The position numbers and the translations under genes are program-made. This document shows, piece by piece, positions 24,717-32,579 of a stretch of DNA of 64,000 nucleotides. The stretch spans positions 15,455-79,454 of the forward strand of contig JAPYTD010000012.1 in the NCBI GenBank assembly GCA_029936315.1, read 5' to 3'. Numbering within the stretch: position 1 is the stretch's first letter; each line of letters starts with the position of its first letter. The notes beneath the pieces were generated by a model. The model saw nothing but the letters and a program-made list of their open reading frames with translations. It was not told where the DNA came from and did no database searches. The DNA comes from Planctomycetota bacterium (GTDB taxonomy: Bacteria > Planctomycetota > UBA1135 > UBA2386).

Positions 24717-26291
24717 ATGAAGGTCACGCTTCTCCATCCGCCGGTCTATATCAACAAGAACGGGCTCACTGCCTTACGGCCAAGTCTGCCGCTGGGTCTT
24801 GCATACATCGCGGCGGTGCTGCGCGATGACAAACACGAGGTCTTGGTCATCGATGCCCTCGGGGAAGCTCCCGAGCAGATGGTTCCCGATGGGGATATTT
24901 GGCGCCTCGGCCTGACTCCCGAAGAGATCATCGAGCGCATCCCCAAGGATACGAAGGCGATTGGACTGACCAGCATGTGGAGCTACAGCTGGCCGATCGT
25001 GCGTGAGCTGATCCAGAAGGTGCGCGTTGCATTCCCGGACACGCCGATTGTCTGCGGTGGCGAGCACTTTACGGCGGTACCGGATTTGTCGATGGAGCAG
25101 GCTCCAATCGACTTCCTCGTCATCGGCGAAGGCGAAGATACCGCTGTGGCGCTGTTCCGCGCGCTCGAGCTTGGCCTTGACCACACGGTCATCCCCGGCA
25201 TCGCGTACCGCAACGAGGCGGGCGAGATCCACCAGAACGATCGCCGCGACCGCATCAAGAACGTTGACGAGATCCCGTGGCCGGCGTGGGAGCTGTTCGA
25301 TATCGAGTCCTACTCAGCCAACCGTCTCGTCAGCGGCATCTACTATGGCAAGACCGTGCCGATCTTGGCGACGCGTGGCTGCCCGTACCAGTGCACCTAC
25401 TGCAGTTCGCCCAACATGTGGACGACGCGTTGGTATGCGCGCGAGCCGAAGGACGTGCTCGACGAGATCGAGAGCTACTACAAGAATTTCGGGGCGACCA
25501 ACTTCCCATTCCAGGATCTAACGGCGATCCTCAAGCGTGATTGGGTAGTCGAGTTCTGTCGCGAAGTGGAAAGCCGCGGCCTGAAGATCACGTGGCAGCT
25601 GCCGGCTGGCACGCGCTGTGAGATCATCGACGATGAAGTCGCCGCGCTGTTGGTTCGCAGTGGTTGTCGTTCGCTCAACTTCGCTCCCGAATCGGGCAGT
25701 GAGCGCACGCGCAAGCACATGAAGAAGATGCTGACCGACAAGAAGCTGTTCCGTGCGGTGCGGGCTTCGGTCAAGGCAGGCCTCAACGTCGGCGCGTTCT
25801 TCGTGTTGGCTTACCCGACCGACGAAGCCGTCGACATGAAGGCTTCGGTCAAGCTGGCCGCCAGGCTGGGTCGCGCGGGCATCGACGATGTTTCCGCCGG
25901 CTTCTTCTTCCCGCTGCCGAACACCGAGATCACGCGGCAGCTCGAAGACGAGGGCAAGATCGAGTACACCGACGCCTTCCTGAAGCTGCCGATCTACGTG
26001 CACAACAAGTTCCTCAGTGAGGACCGCAAGTTCTGCGACGCACTGACCGCCAAGCAACTGACGCGGTGGAAGTACCGGGTCGTCGCAGCCTTCTACTTCA
26101 ACAGCTTCCTGTTTCACCCGACACGCGTGTTCCGCATCATGTGGAACTTCGTGCGCGGCAAGGAGACTTCGAAGATGGAGTCGTTCTTGCAGGAGACGAT
26201 GCGCAAGCTCCGCTTGCGCAAGAAGCCGAAGAAGGAAGTGCGAGCGCCGGTGAAGACGGTGACTCCCCCAGAGCCTGTGGCGAAGAGCTAG
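24717..26291 (+). CDS. B12-binding-domain radical SAM enzyme (class B)
   Basis: The N-terminal cobalamin-binding-like Rossmann fold is LPLGLAYIAAVLRDDKHEVLVIDA...AIGLTSMW. The radical SAM cluster motif is ATRGCPYQCTYCSSP (CxxxCxxC). The C-terminus has a hydrophobic/amphipathic segment (VVAAFYFNSFLFHPTRVFRIMWNF) and a Lys-rich tail. The ATG at 24717 is preferred over the upstream 24489 start. Confidence 0.85.
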   Translation: MKVTLLHPPVYINKNGLTALRPSLPLGLAYIAAVLRDDKHEVLVIDALGEAPEQMVPDGDIWRLGLTPEEIIERIPKDTKAIGLTSMWSYSWPIVRELIQKVRVAFPDTPIVCGGEHFTAVPDLSMEQAPIDFLVIGEGEDTAVALFRALELGLDHTVIPGIAYRNEAGEIHQNDRRDRIKNVDEIPWPAWELFDIESYSANRLVSGIYYGKTVPILATRGCPYQCTYCSSPNMWTTRWYAREPKDVLDEIESYYKNFGATNFPFQDLTAILKRDWVVEFCREVESRGLKITWQLPAGTRCEIIDDEVAALLVRSGCRSLNFAPESGSERTRKHMKKMLTDKKLFRAVRASVKAGLNVGAFFVLAYPTDEAVDMKASVKLAARLGRAGIDDVSAGFFFPLPNTEITRQLEDEGKIEYTDAFLKLPIYVHNKFLSEDRKFCDALTAKQLTRWKYRVVAAFYFNSFLFHPTRVFRIMWNFVRGKETSKMESFLQETMRKLRLRKKPKKEVRAPVKTVTPPEPVAKS

Positions 26292-27463
26292 TTCCCGCCG
26301 CGCCCAGCTTGCTCAAGCAGGGACTCGAGGCGTTCTAACTGCAGGCGCGCGACGGCGCGTGCTGCATAGCGATCTGCGGCCCACTCGCGCGCGATGCGCC
26401 CAGCGGCCTCGGCGTAGTCCGCCGACGCGAGATGCTGCACCGTGGCGTTGGCAAGGTCCGCAGTCGACTCTGCAATGCTGCACGCCGGCGTCGGGGCGAG
26501 GCAGCCACGGCTGCCGAGTTCGTTGGTCACGATGGGAATGCCATGGGCGAGTGCCGTGGCGCTTTTGACGCGGAAGCCGCCGCCGGACCACAGCGGTGAC
26601 AACACCAGCCGCACGCGGCCGAACAGTTCGGCCAGGTCCGGTACGAACCCGAGCACGCGCACGCCCGGAAGCTCTGCTAGCGATAGGATCGCTTCGTTGT
26701 GGGGGCCCGCGAGCAACAACTCAGCGCTCGGCTGTGCCTTGCGAACCTGTGGCCAGACTTCCGTGGCGAGCCGTTTTGCGGCCTCTGGGTTGGGGCTGTG
26801 GCGGTAGTCCCCGAGAAACAGCGCGTGTGGCGGGGCCGCACCGGGCTGGCTTGCAAGCGCTGGGATCGCGATGGTTGGTGGGCGAACCTCGACTGGCTTG
26901 CCCACTTGCGTTGCCAGCTCGTGGGCGTCTTCCTTGGTCACGGCCTGGATCTGAGACGCCAGTGGGTAGAATTGGGTGACGTATTGTTGCCAGAGGCGGT
27001 TGTCCCGACGATCGGCCGCGGCGCCGAGTCCAGTGCTCTTGTTCGCGGGGCGGCCGGCTTCATGGTCGGTGAAGATCGTCGGCAAGCCGGCAAGGTGGGG
27101 CAGATACTGTGCCATCTGGGCCATCTCAACCAGCACGGCATCCGGGCGAAACTCCGACCTGGCGCGGGCAAGCAGGGCCACAACTTCCGCTTGCCAGTAT
27201 TTTGCGGCCAGCAGCGGCCGGGATCGCCAGCGCCAGAGCATGCGGAGACGATGGGCTAAGCCCTTTGGCGTGCCTTGGTAATCGGCGCCCGCGTGCCACT
27301 GCCACGTTGCGTCGTTGGCGGGCCCTTCGTCTTGATGGCGCAGGTAGACCAGGCCCAACTCCGCGGTGCCATTGAGCTCCTCCGCTAGCGATCCTACGTA
27401 GCTTCCACCGCCATGAGCGGCGGCTTGGTCTGGTAGAAATGGCGTCAAGAAGAGGATTCGCAC
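26288..27463 (-). CDS. GT-B fold glycosyltransferase (GT4-like)
   Basis: MRILFLTPFLPDQAAAHGGGSYVGSLAEEL is a typical GT4 N-terminus. The C-terminal donor-binding half contains LLLAGP...LPGVRVLGFVPDL...VLSPLWSGGGFRVKSATALAHGIPIVT. Confidence 0.8.
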   Translation of the reverse strand: MRILFLTPFLPDQAAAHGGGSYVGSLAEELNGTAELGLVYLRHQDEGPANDATWQWHAGADYQGTPKGLAHRLRMLWRWRSRPLLAAKYWQAEVVALLARARSEFRPDAVLVEMAQMAQYLPHLAGLPTIFTDHEAGRPANKSTGLGAAADRRDNRLWQQYVTQFYPLASQIQAVTKEDAHELATQVGKPVEVRPPTIAIPALASQPGAAPPHALFLGDYRHSPNPEAAKRLATEVWPQVRKAQPSAELLLAGPHNEAILSLAELPGVRVLGFVPDLAELFGRVRLVLSPLWSGGGFRVKSATALAHGIPIVTNELGSRGCLAPTPACSIAESTADLANATVQHLASADYAEAAGRIAREWAADRYAARAVARLQLERLESLLEQAGRGGN

Positions 27464-27672
27464 TGCCGTTAGCCTACCGTTAATCCACTCTTATCGAAGG
27501 GTTTGGGTTCTCTTGACTGTCGGAAGCCGGGGCCGAGAGTCGGCGTGTCAGGCTGGCAGTGGCGGGATTGGGCTTAGTCTGCCATAATCCGGGCCCGAAG
27601 CCTGACCACAACGGCCTGCCACATCAGAGTCTACTGGTCCAATGGCGGTTGCGCGTAACGCACCATGCGGTC

Positions 27673-29262
27673 ATGAACGAAACGATAAAGTCGATTGTGG
27701 GCCTCCTTGAGACGGGAAAGCCAGAGTTGCAAGTTGCGGCTGCTCAGGTCCTTGGCGAATTGAAGCCCAAGGATGCTGGCGCCGTGGCAGCGCTCTTCGA
27801 AGGCATCGACCGATCGCCCGTTCTGGGTCGCTTCTGCTTGGATACCTTGGCGAAGATCGCCACCCCGGCTGCGCTCGCAAAGTTGGCCGAGGCCGTCGTC
27901 GAGTACGAGGTGTTGTCCGATCATGCAGCGCACCTGCTGGCCGAAGTCGGTGGACCGGCGCATACGGTTCTCGCCGATATCTATCCGCAAGCCGTTGGTG
28001 AGCAACGAGGTCGCATCTTGACCGTGCTCGGCCGCGAACTGAGCCCCGACTCGATTCCCGTAATGGTCGCGGCTCTGTTGGCGCCCGACCTTACGGACAT
28101 TGCTGCCGCACTGCTCGAGTCGGCACGCGACCGTATCACGCCCGCGATGGCGAAGTTACTGCGCACATCACTGCAAAAGCGCCTCGACGAAACCGTAGCG
28201 CCCTCGATTGCCGCCCGTGTGATGTCGGTTCTCGCCGCCGTCGACGCGAAGGGTTCTAAGGCCTTGTTCTTGAAGCAGATCGAACCTGGTGTCGCGGCAC
28301 AGATTCGCGCCGCCGCGTTCCGAGGCCTGCGTGGGGTCGAGCTGACCCCGCTGCAGACCAAGGCGATGATGGCTTCGCTTGAGGACAACACGCAGAAGGG
28401 CGTTCACGAAGCGATCCGCGAAGTGCTGGTCAACCTGCCGGAGTTGCCGGCCGGCATCGCGCCGGGGCTCAAACGTCTGTTGGCCTCGCGCCAACCTGAG
28501 CAGCGCCTGTTTGCTCTGTGCATGCTGCGCCCGTTGGGCGGCGCTGAGCTGGCCAAGAGCTTCATGAAGCTGCTCGATCACGATGACGCACGCTTCCGCG
28601 AGGCGGCCGCCGCAGGATTGTCGAGCAACAAACAGGCTGTTGAGCCCGTGCTCAAGCTGATGCAGTCGACCAAGAACCCAGAGCTCGCGCGGGCCTGCGC
28701 GGGTATTCTGGACCAGCTGAAGGAGCATATCCCGCAGAAGCTGCAGAAGGCTGCGGCGGACAAGGCCTTGAGGTTGTTGTCGAGCAACGCCCGCCTGGGC
28801 GACATGCTGCTCGACCTGGTGATTGCGGCCGGTGGCGCCAAGATCGTGCCGTTCTTGACCGAGAAGGCGGTGCGGATGCGCCGGGCACAGCGGCCTGCCG
28901 AAGCACTGCACGTGCTGGCCAAGATCGCCGCCAGTGAACACAGCGAAAACGAAGTGCACTACCACATGGCACTGACCAAGTTGCTTGTGTCGGCCGACGA
29001 AGCCGAGGGTGCAGGCGCTCCTGGCAACTCGACGATGGGCTTCTTCACGGTGCTCATTCGCGGTGGCTTCCCGCTGTTTGATCGCCTCAAGCGCGAGTCC
29101 GCGGTCAAGCCTGAGATGCTGCTGCGCATCGCGACCTACTACAGGTCCGCGGTGGGTGCCGAGCGCCGTTTTGGCACAGACTTGCTGCAGCATCTGGCAC
29201 AGCGCACCAAGGGGCGCGCCGGGGATGAAGCGCGGCTGGCGCTGCGAACGGCTGGCATCTGA
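27673..29262 (+). CDS. HEAT/armadillo-like repeat protein
   Basis: All-alpha protein with A/L-rich repeating units of 30-40 aa (e.g. PELQVAAAQVLGELKPKD, DARFREAAAAGLSSNKQ). No catalytic motif. Confidence 0.6.
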   Translation: MNETIKSIVGLLETGKPELQVAAAQVLGELKPKDAGAVAALFEGIDRSPVLGRFCLDTLAKIATPAALAKLAEAVVEYEVLSDHAAHLLAEVGGPAHTVLADIYPQAVGEQRGRILTVLGRELSPDSIPVMVAALLAPDLTDIAAALLESARDRITPAMAKLLRTSLQKRLDETVAPSIAARVMSVLAAVDAKGSKALFLKQIEPGVAAQIRAAAFRGLRGVELTPLQTKAMMASLEDNTQKGVHEAIREVLVNLPELPAGIAPGLKRLLASRQPEQRLFALCMLRPLGGAELAKSFMKLLDHDDARFREAAAAGLSSNKQAVEPVLKLMQSTKNPELARACAGILDQLKEHIPQKLQKAAADKALRLLSSNARLGDMLLDLVIAAGGAKIVPFLTEKAVRMRRAQRPAEALHVLAKIAASEHSENEVHYHMALTKLLVSADEAEGAGAPGNSTMGFFTVLIRGGFPLFDRLKRESAVKPEMLLRIATYYRSAVGAERRFGTDLLQHLAQRTKGRAGDEARLALRTAGI

Positions 29263-29281
29263 CCGGTCGCGCCCGGTCTTG

Positions 29282-30064
29282 CTAGCTACTGGAGCTGGCG
29301 GCCTCGCCCATGATGGTGCGTTGCTCTGGTTCGACTGGCAACAGCGTGCCGCTGCCGGGACCGAGCACCAGCACGACCGTCGAGCCGAAGCCGAACTGGC
29401 CGACTTCCTGGCCCTTTTGGATCGGGCCACTTGGCACCGTGACCTTGGTGTCGCCAACGTTGTAGGCGCCAACCATGACGATCGCTGCCGGTGTGCCGTT
29501 GGTCATCCGGCAGCGGAACACGTGGCGGCTGTTGCGCACGAACAGGTTGTCGATGCAGCGCACGGCGGCTGGGTTGACCGGGAACAACGTGCCAGGCAGG
29601 GCGGTGACGTCGAGTACCTCGCCGGCAAACGCCGAGTGCACGCGGTGGTAGTCGCCGGGGGCCAGGTAGATCGTGGCCTGCTGGCCGCCAGCAAGTTGCT
29701 CGGCGAAGTCGTTGTTGCCGAGTAGGTCGGACAGGGAGTAGTCGTTGCCCTTTACCTGCGGGATGCGGCCGTCGGCAAAGGCGCCCGCTGTAACGATGCG
29801 ACCGTCACAAGGCCAGACCAGCGCACTGTCTGCGACCGGCCGTGCGTCTGCCGTCAGCTTGCGCCGGAAAAACGCCTGCAGACTGCGGAAGTCCCCCAGG
29901 TCGCCGTCGACTTCTTCGAGCGAAGCGCCATAACGGCGCGCAAACCACCTGAAGAATGCAATCCGGAACGAGCGCGGCAAGGGGGTGGCCGTCAGCAGCC
30001 CGCACAAGCGCGAGAGCGGAACCTTGGGCAAGGCGGTCAGGGTCAGGCGGCGCAGAGTCGACAT
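29282..30064 (-). CDS. psd: Phosphatidylserine decarboxylase proenzyme
   Basis: LQAFFRRKL, LAPGDYHRVHS and the self-cleavage motif FGFGSTVVLVL (G-S-T) are present. Confidence 0.85.
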   Translation of the reverse strand: MSTLRRLTLTALPKVPLSRLCGLLTATPLPRSFRIAFFRWFARRYGASLEEVDGDLGDFRSLQAFFRRKLTADARPVADSALVWPCDGRIVTAGAFADGRIPQVKGNDYSLSDLLGNNDFAEQLAGGQQATIYLAPGDYHRVHSAFAGEVLDVTALPGTLFPVNPAAVRCIDNLFVRNSRHVFRCRMTNGTPAAIVMVGAYNVGDTKVTVPSGPIQKGQEVGQFGFGSTVVLVLGPGSGTLLPVEPEQRTIMGEAASSSS

Positions 30065-30148
30065 GCAGGCGGGCGTCACACAGTTACCTTTCGTGGATGT
30101 TCGCGCAAGAGAATGGTCGTTTCCGGCGATATCTGGCAAGATCCATGC

Positions 30149-30661
30149 ATGCGGCAAGGTTGGGCGTGGGCCGTGATGATCGCGGCGGTTGGGTCGTTCT
30201 GTTCGTGCAACCAGAAGGTTGCCGTGGCAGCGACGTCAGGCGATGTCCTGGTGCTTGAGGTCGGCGGTGAGCAGCCGTCACTACGCGCGGCGTTGGTCGC
30301 GCTTGGGCGCGAGGTTGGGCCCGCCTATGCGTTGGCACCAAGGCCTGTCGTCGACCCGAACTCCCACGTGGCTTCGGACGTGCCGCCTGATTCGCCGCTC
30401 GGGCCTACGATTCCGCAGTCGCCACCGCCGGAGGTGCCGGGTCCCGGCAACCCGCAACCGGAGGATCAGCCCGAACCCGAATCGGAGTGGGTGACCGTGC
30501 CATTGCCTGAGGGCGAGACGTTGATCCACGTGGCGCGCCGATACCTTGGCGACGGTCGCCGCTTTGGCGAGTTGCTCAAGTGGAATGGTTGGAGCGATGC
30601 CGATGCCCGTCGCTTGAAGCGCGACCAGCCGGTCAAGATCAAGCGCTCCGAGATGCGCTGA
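30149..30661 (+). CDS. LysM-domain (peptidoglycan-binding) secreted or lipoprotein
   Basis: Has an N-terminal hydrophobic signal (WAVMIAAVGSFCSC), a Pro-rich linker, and a C-terminal LysM domain (VTVPLPEGETLIHVARRYLGDGRRFGELLKWNGW...RLKRDQPVKI). Confidence 0.7.
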   Translation: MRQGWAWAVMIAAVGSFCSCNQKVAVAATSGDVLVLEVGGEQPSLRAALVALGREVGPAYALAPRPVVDPNSHVASDVPPDSPLGPTIPQSPPPEVPGPGNPQPEDQPEPESEWVTVPLPEGETLIHVARRYLGDGRRFGELLKWNGWSDADARRLKRDQPVKIKRSEMR

Positions 30662-30665
30662 ATCG

Positions 30666-31280
30666 GTGGCCGAGTCTTCGTCGTCAGAACCGTTCGTCAC
30701 TGAGCCGCTGACGGCGATCGCGGTGGTCCGCACCTGTCAGCGCCTGCATCACGAAGCGCCGCGTCAAAGTGGTCTCGGCCGTGGCGACGTCGGCGAGATC
30801 CACATGCGGCAAGGCATGCAGAATGGGCTGCAAGACCTCGATGGCTTTAGCCACCTGTGGGTGCTGTTTTGGTGCCATCACGCGCGCGGCACGCCACTGC
30901 AAGTGCAGCCACCGCGCGACCAACAAAAGCGCGGTGTGTTCGCTACCCGCGCGCCGCAACGGCCCAATGCCATCGGCATGTCATGTGTGCGTTTGCTGCG
31001 CATTGAGAAGCGCGTCTTGCACATCGCGGATCATGATCTACTCGATGGCACGCCGGTGCTCGACCTCAAGCCTTACCTGCCGTACTGCGATAGCGTGCCC
31101 GGCGCAGAGATCGGCTATGTGGCGGGGTTGCCAGAGGCGGCCAACGACCACCGCCTGTGGTGGCGGGACAAGTCGGCGTCGCCGCCGGCTAGTTACGCGG
31201 ACTGGCTCGCCCAGTGTGCTCGAGAGGAACAGTGTGCCAGAGAAGGCCGGGACCCCGACGATCCGGATCAGGTCCGGTAG
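30666..31280 (+). CDS. trmO: tRNA (t6A37) methyltransferase TrmO (TsaA/YaeB family)
   Basis: APRQSG, FSHLWVLFWCH, FATRAPQRPNAIGMSCVRLLRIE and LDGTPVLDLKPYLPY are present. The last 13 nt overlap the convergent argJ. Confidence 0.85.
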   Translation: MAESSSSEPFVTEPLTAIAVVRTCQRLHHEAPRQSGLGRGDVGEIHMRQGMQNGLQDLDGFSHLWVLFWCHHARGTPLQVQPPRDQQKRGVFATRAPQRPNAIGMSCVRLLRIEKRVLHIADHDLLDGTPVLDLKPYLPYCDSVPGAEIGYVAGLPEAANDHRLWWRDKSASPPASYADWLAQCAREEQCAREGRDPDDPDQVR

Positions 31281-32452
31281 TCCGCGTTGATGCGGATGTA
31301 GTCCGCAGTCAGGTCGCAGGTCCAGATGTCTGCCTGGTTGTCACCGGCGCCGAGGTCGATGCCGATGACGACACGTTCGCTGTCCTTCAGATACTTGCTG
31401 GCGAGGTCTTCGCGATGCGGCTGCGGCACGCCTTTGGTGAACACTTCCGTATCACCAATCCACACACGCGCCTGGTCGGTCGAGAACGGCACGCGCGCGC
31501 GTCCCGCCGCGGACAGGATGCGGCCCCAGTTTGGATCACGGCCGGCGATGGCCGTCTTCACCAGCGGGCTGGTCGCGATGACGCGGCCAACCAGGCACGC
31601 GTCAGCTTCGCTGTTGGCGCCGCGCACCTGGATCGTGACCAGGCGTGTCGCCCCTTCGCCATCCGCGGCGAGTTGCATCGCCAGGTCCGTCGCAACCGAC
31701 AGCATCTCGGTCTGGCATTCGGTGGTGCTGGCCTTGCCTGTGCCGCCTGCAAGCGCAAACAGCGTGTCGTTGGGGGAGGTGTCGCCATCGACTGTTGTGC
31801 GATGGAAGGAGCGGTCAGCAATTGCTTGCAGCTGCTCTTGCAGGTCGCCGTTGCTCGATGCCTCGGTGATCAAGAAGCCGAGCATCGTTGCCATGTCCGG
31901 GTGGATCATGCCCGAGCCCTTGGCGAAGCCGGTGACCCGTATCGCTTGATGGCACGCGGTCGCGGCTTTGGGATACGTGTCCGTGGTCATGATGGCGCGC
32001 GCGAAGTCCATGCCGCCTTTGGCATTGGCGTTGCTGAGCAGACTATCAAGATGGTCAATGATCTTGGCTTTGGGCAACGGCGCTCCAATCACACCGGTGC
32101 TCGCCATCAACACGTGCTCTTCGGCGCAGCCAAGTCGTCTCGCTAGTTCGCGGCAGCAGGAACGGGCGTCTTCGATGCCGGCGTCTCCGGTGGCGCAGTT
32201 GGCGTTGCGTGAGTTGACCAGGATTGCCCGCGCCATGCCGTTGCTGCGGTGGAGGTGCTCGCGGCAGACTGGGATGTGGGCGCCCTGCAGCGCGTTTTGC
32301 GTGAAGATGGCAGTGGCTGGCACGGGTTGCTCGGCGAGCAACAGGCCCAGGTCAAGGGCGCCGTCGGGCTTGAGCCCGCAGTGAATGCCCGCTGCGCGGA
32401 AGCCTTCCGGCAGTGCCATTGACGATAGGGGGGCCGAGAGTCGAGGCTCCAT
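31268..32452 (-). CDS. argJ: Bifunctional glutamate N-acetyltransferase / amino-acid acetyltransferase ArgJ
   Basis: GFRAAGIHCGLK, MTTDTYPK, HPDMATMLGFLITEA (ATML autoproteolysis site) and INADYRT at the C-terminus are present. Confidence 0.9.
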   Translation of the reverse strand: MEPRLSAPLSSMALPEGFRAAGIHCGLKPDGALDLGLLLAEQPVPATAIFTQNALQGAHIPVCREHLHRSNGMARAILVNSRNANCATGDAGIEDARSCCRELARRLGCAEEHVLMASTGVIGAPLPKAKIIDHLDSLLSNANAKGGMDFARAIMTTDTYPKAATACHQAIRVTGFAKGSGMIHPDMATMLGFLITEASSNGDLQEQLQAIADRSFHRTTVDGDTSPNDTLFALAGGTGKASTTECQTEMLSVATDLAMQLAADGEGATRLVTIQVRGANSEADACLVGRVIATSPLVKTAIAGRDPNWGRILSAAGRARVPFSTDQARVWIGDTEVFTKGVPQPHREDLASKYLKDSERVVIGIDLGAGDNQADIWTCDLTADYIRINADYRT

Positions 32453-32534
32453 AGCTGGCCAGCCTAACCTTCCCCATTGCCTAGGCCACAGGCGGTGACT
32501 GTCGGCACCGTTGGTCGGCACCCGTGGGTACATG

Positions 32535-32560
32535 CAAACGGCTCCCGGAGGAGCCGTTTT
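32535..32560 (-). terminator. Hairpin terminator downstream of the 1172-aa lipoprotein gene (A/U-flanked, potentially bidirectional)
   Basis: AAACGGCTCC-CGGA-GGAGCCGTTT, a 10-bp stem with a tetraloop and A/T runs on both sides. It lies 20 nt after the stop at 32580 and upstream of argJ. Confidence 0.6.
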
Positions 32561-32579
32561 GCAGTCGCGCGAGCAAGCT

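Noticed and set aside
28168-29472. 434-aa minus-strand ORF antisense to the HEAT-repeat gene
   Set aside because: Its composition is Arg/Gln/His/Leu-rich with no motif. It spans the HEAT gene end and the psd end, so it is an antisense shadow ORF.
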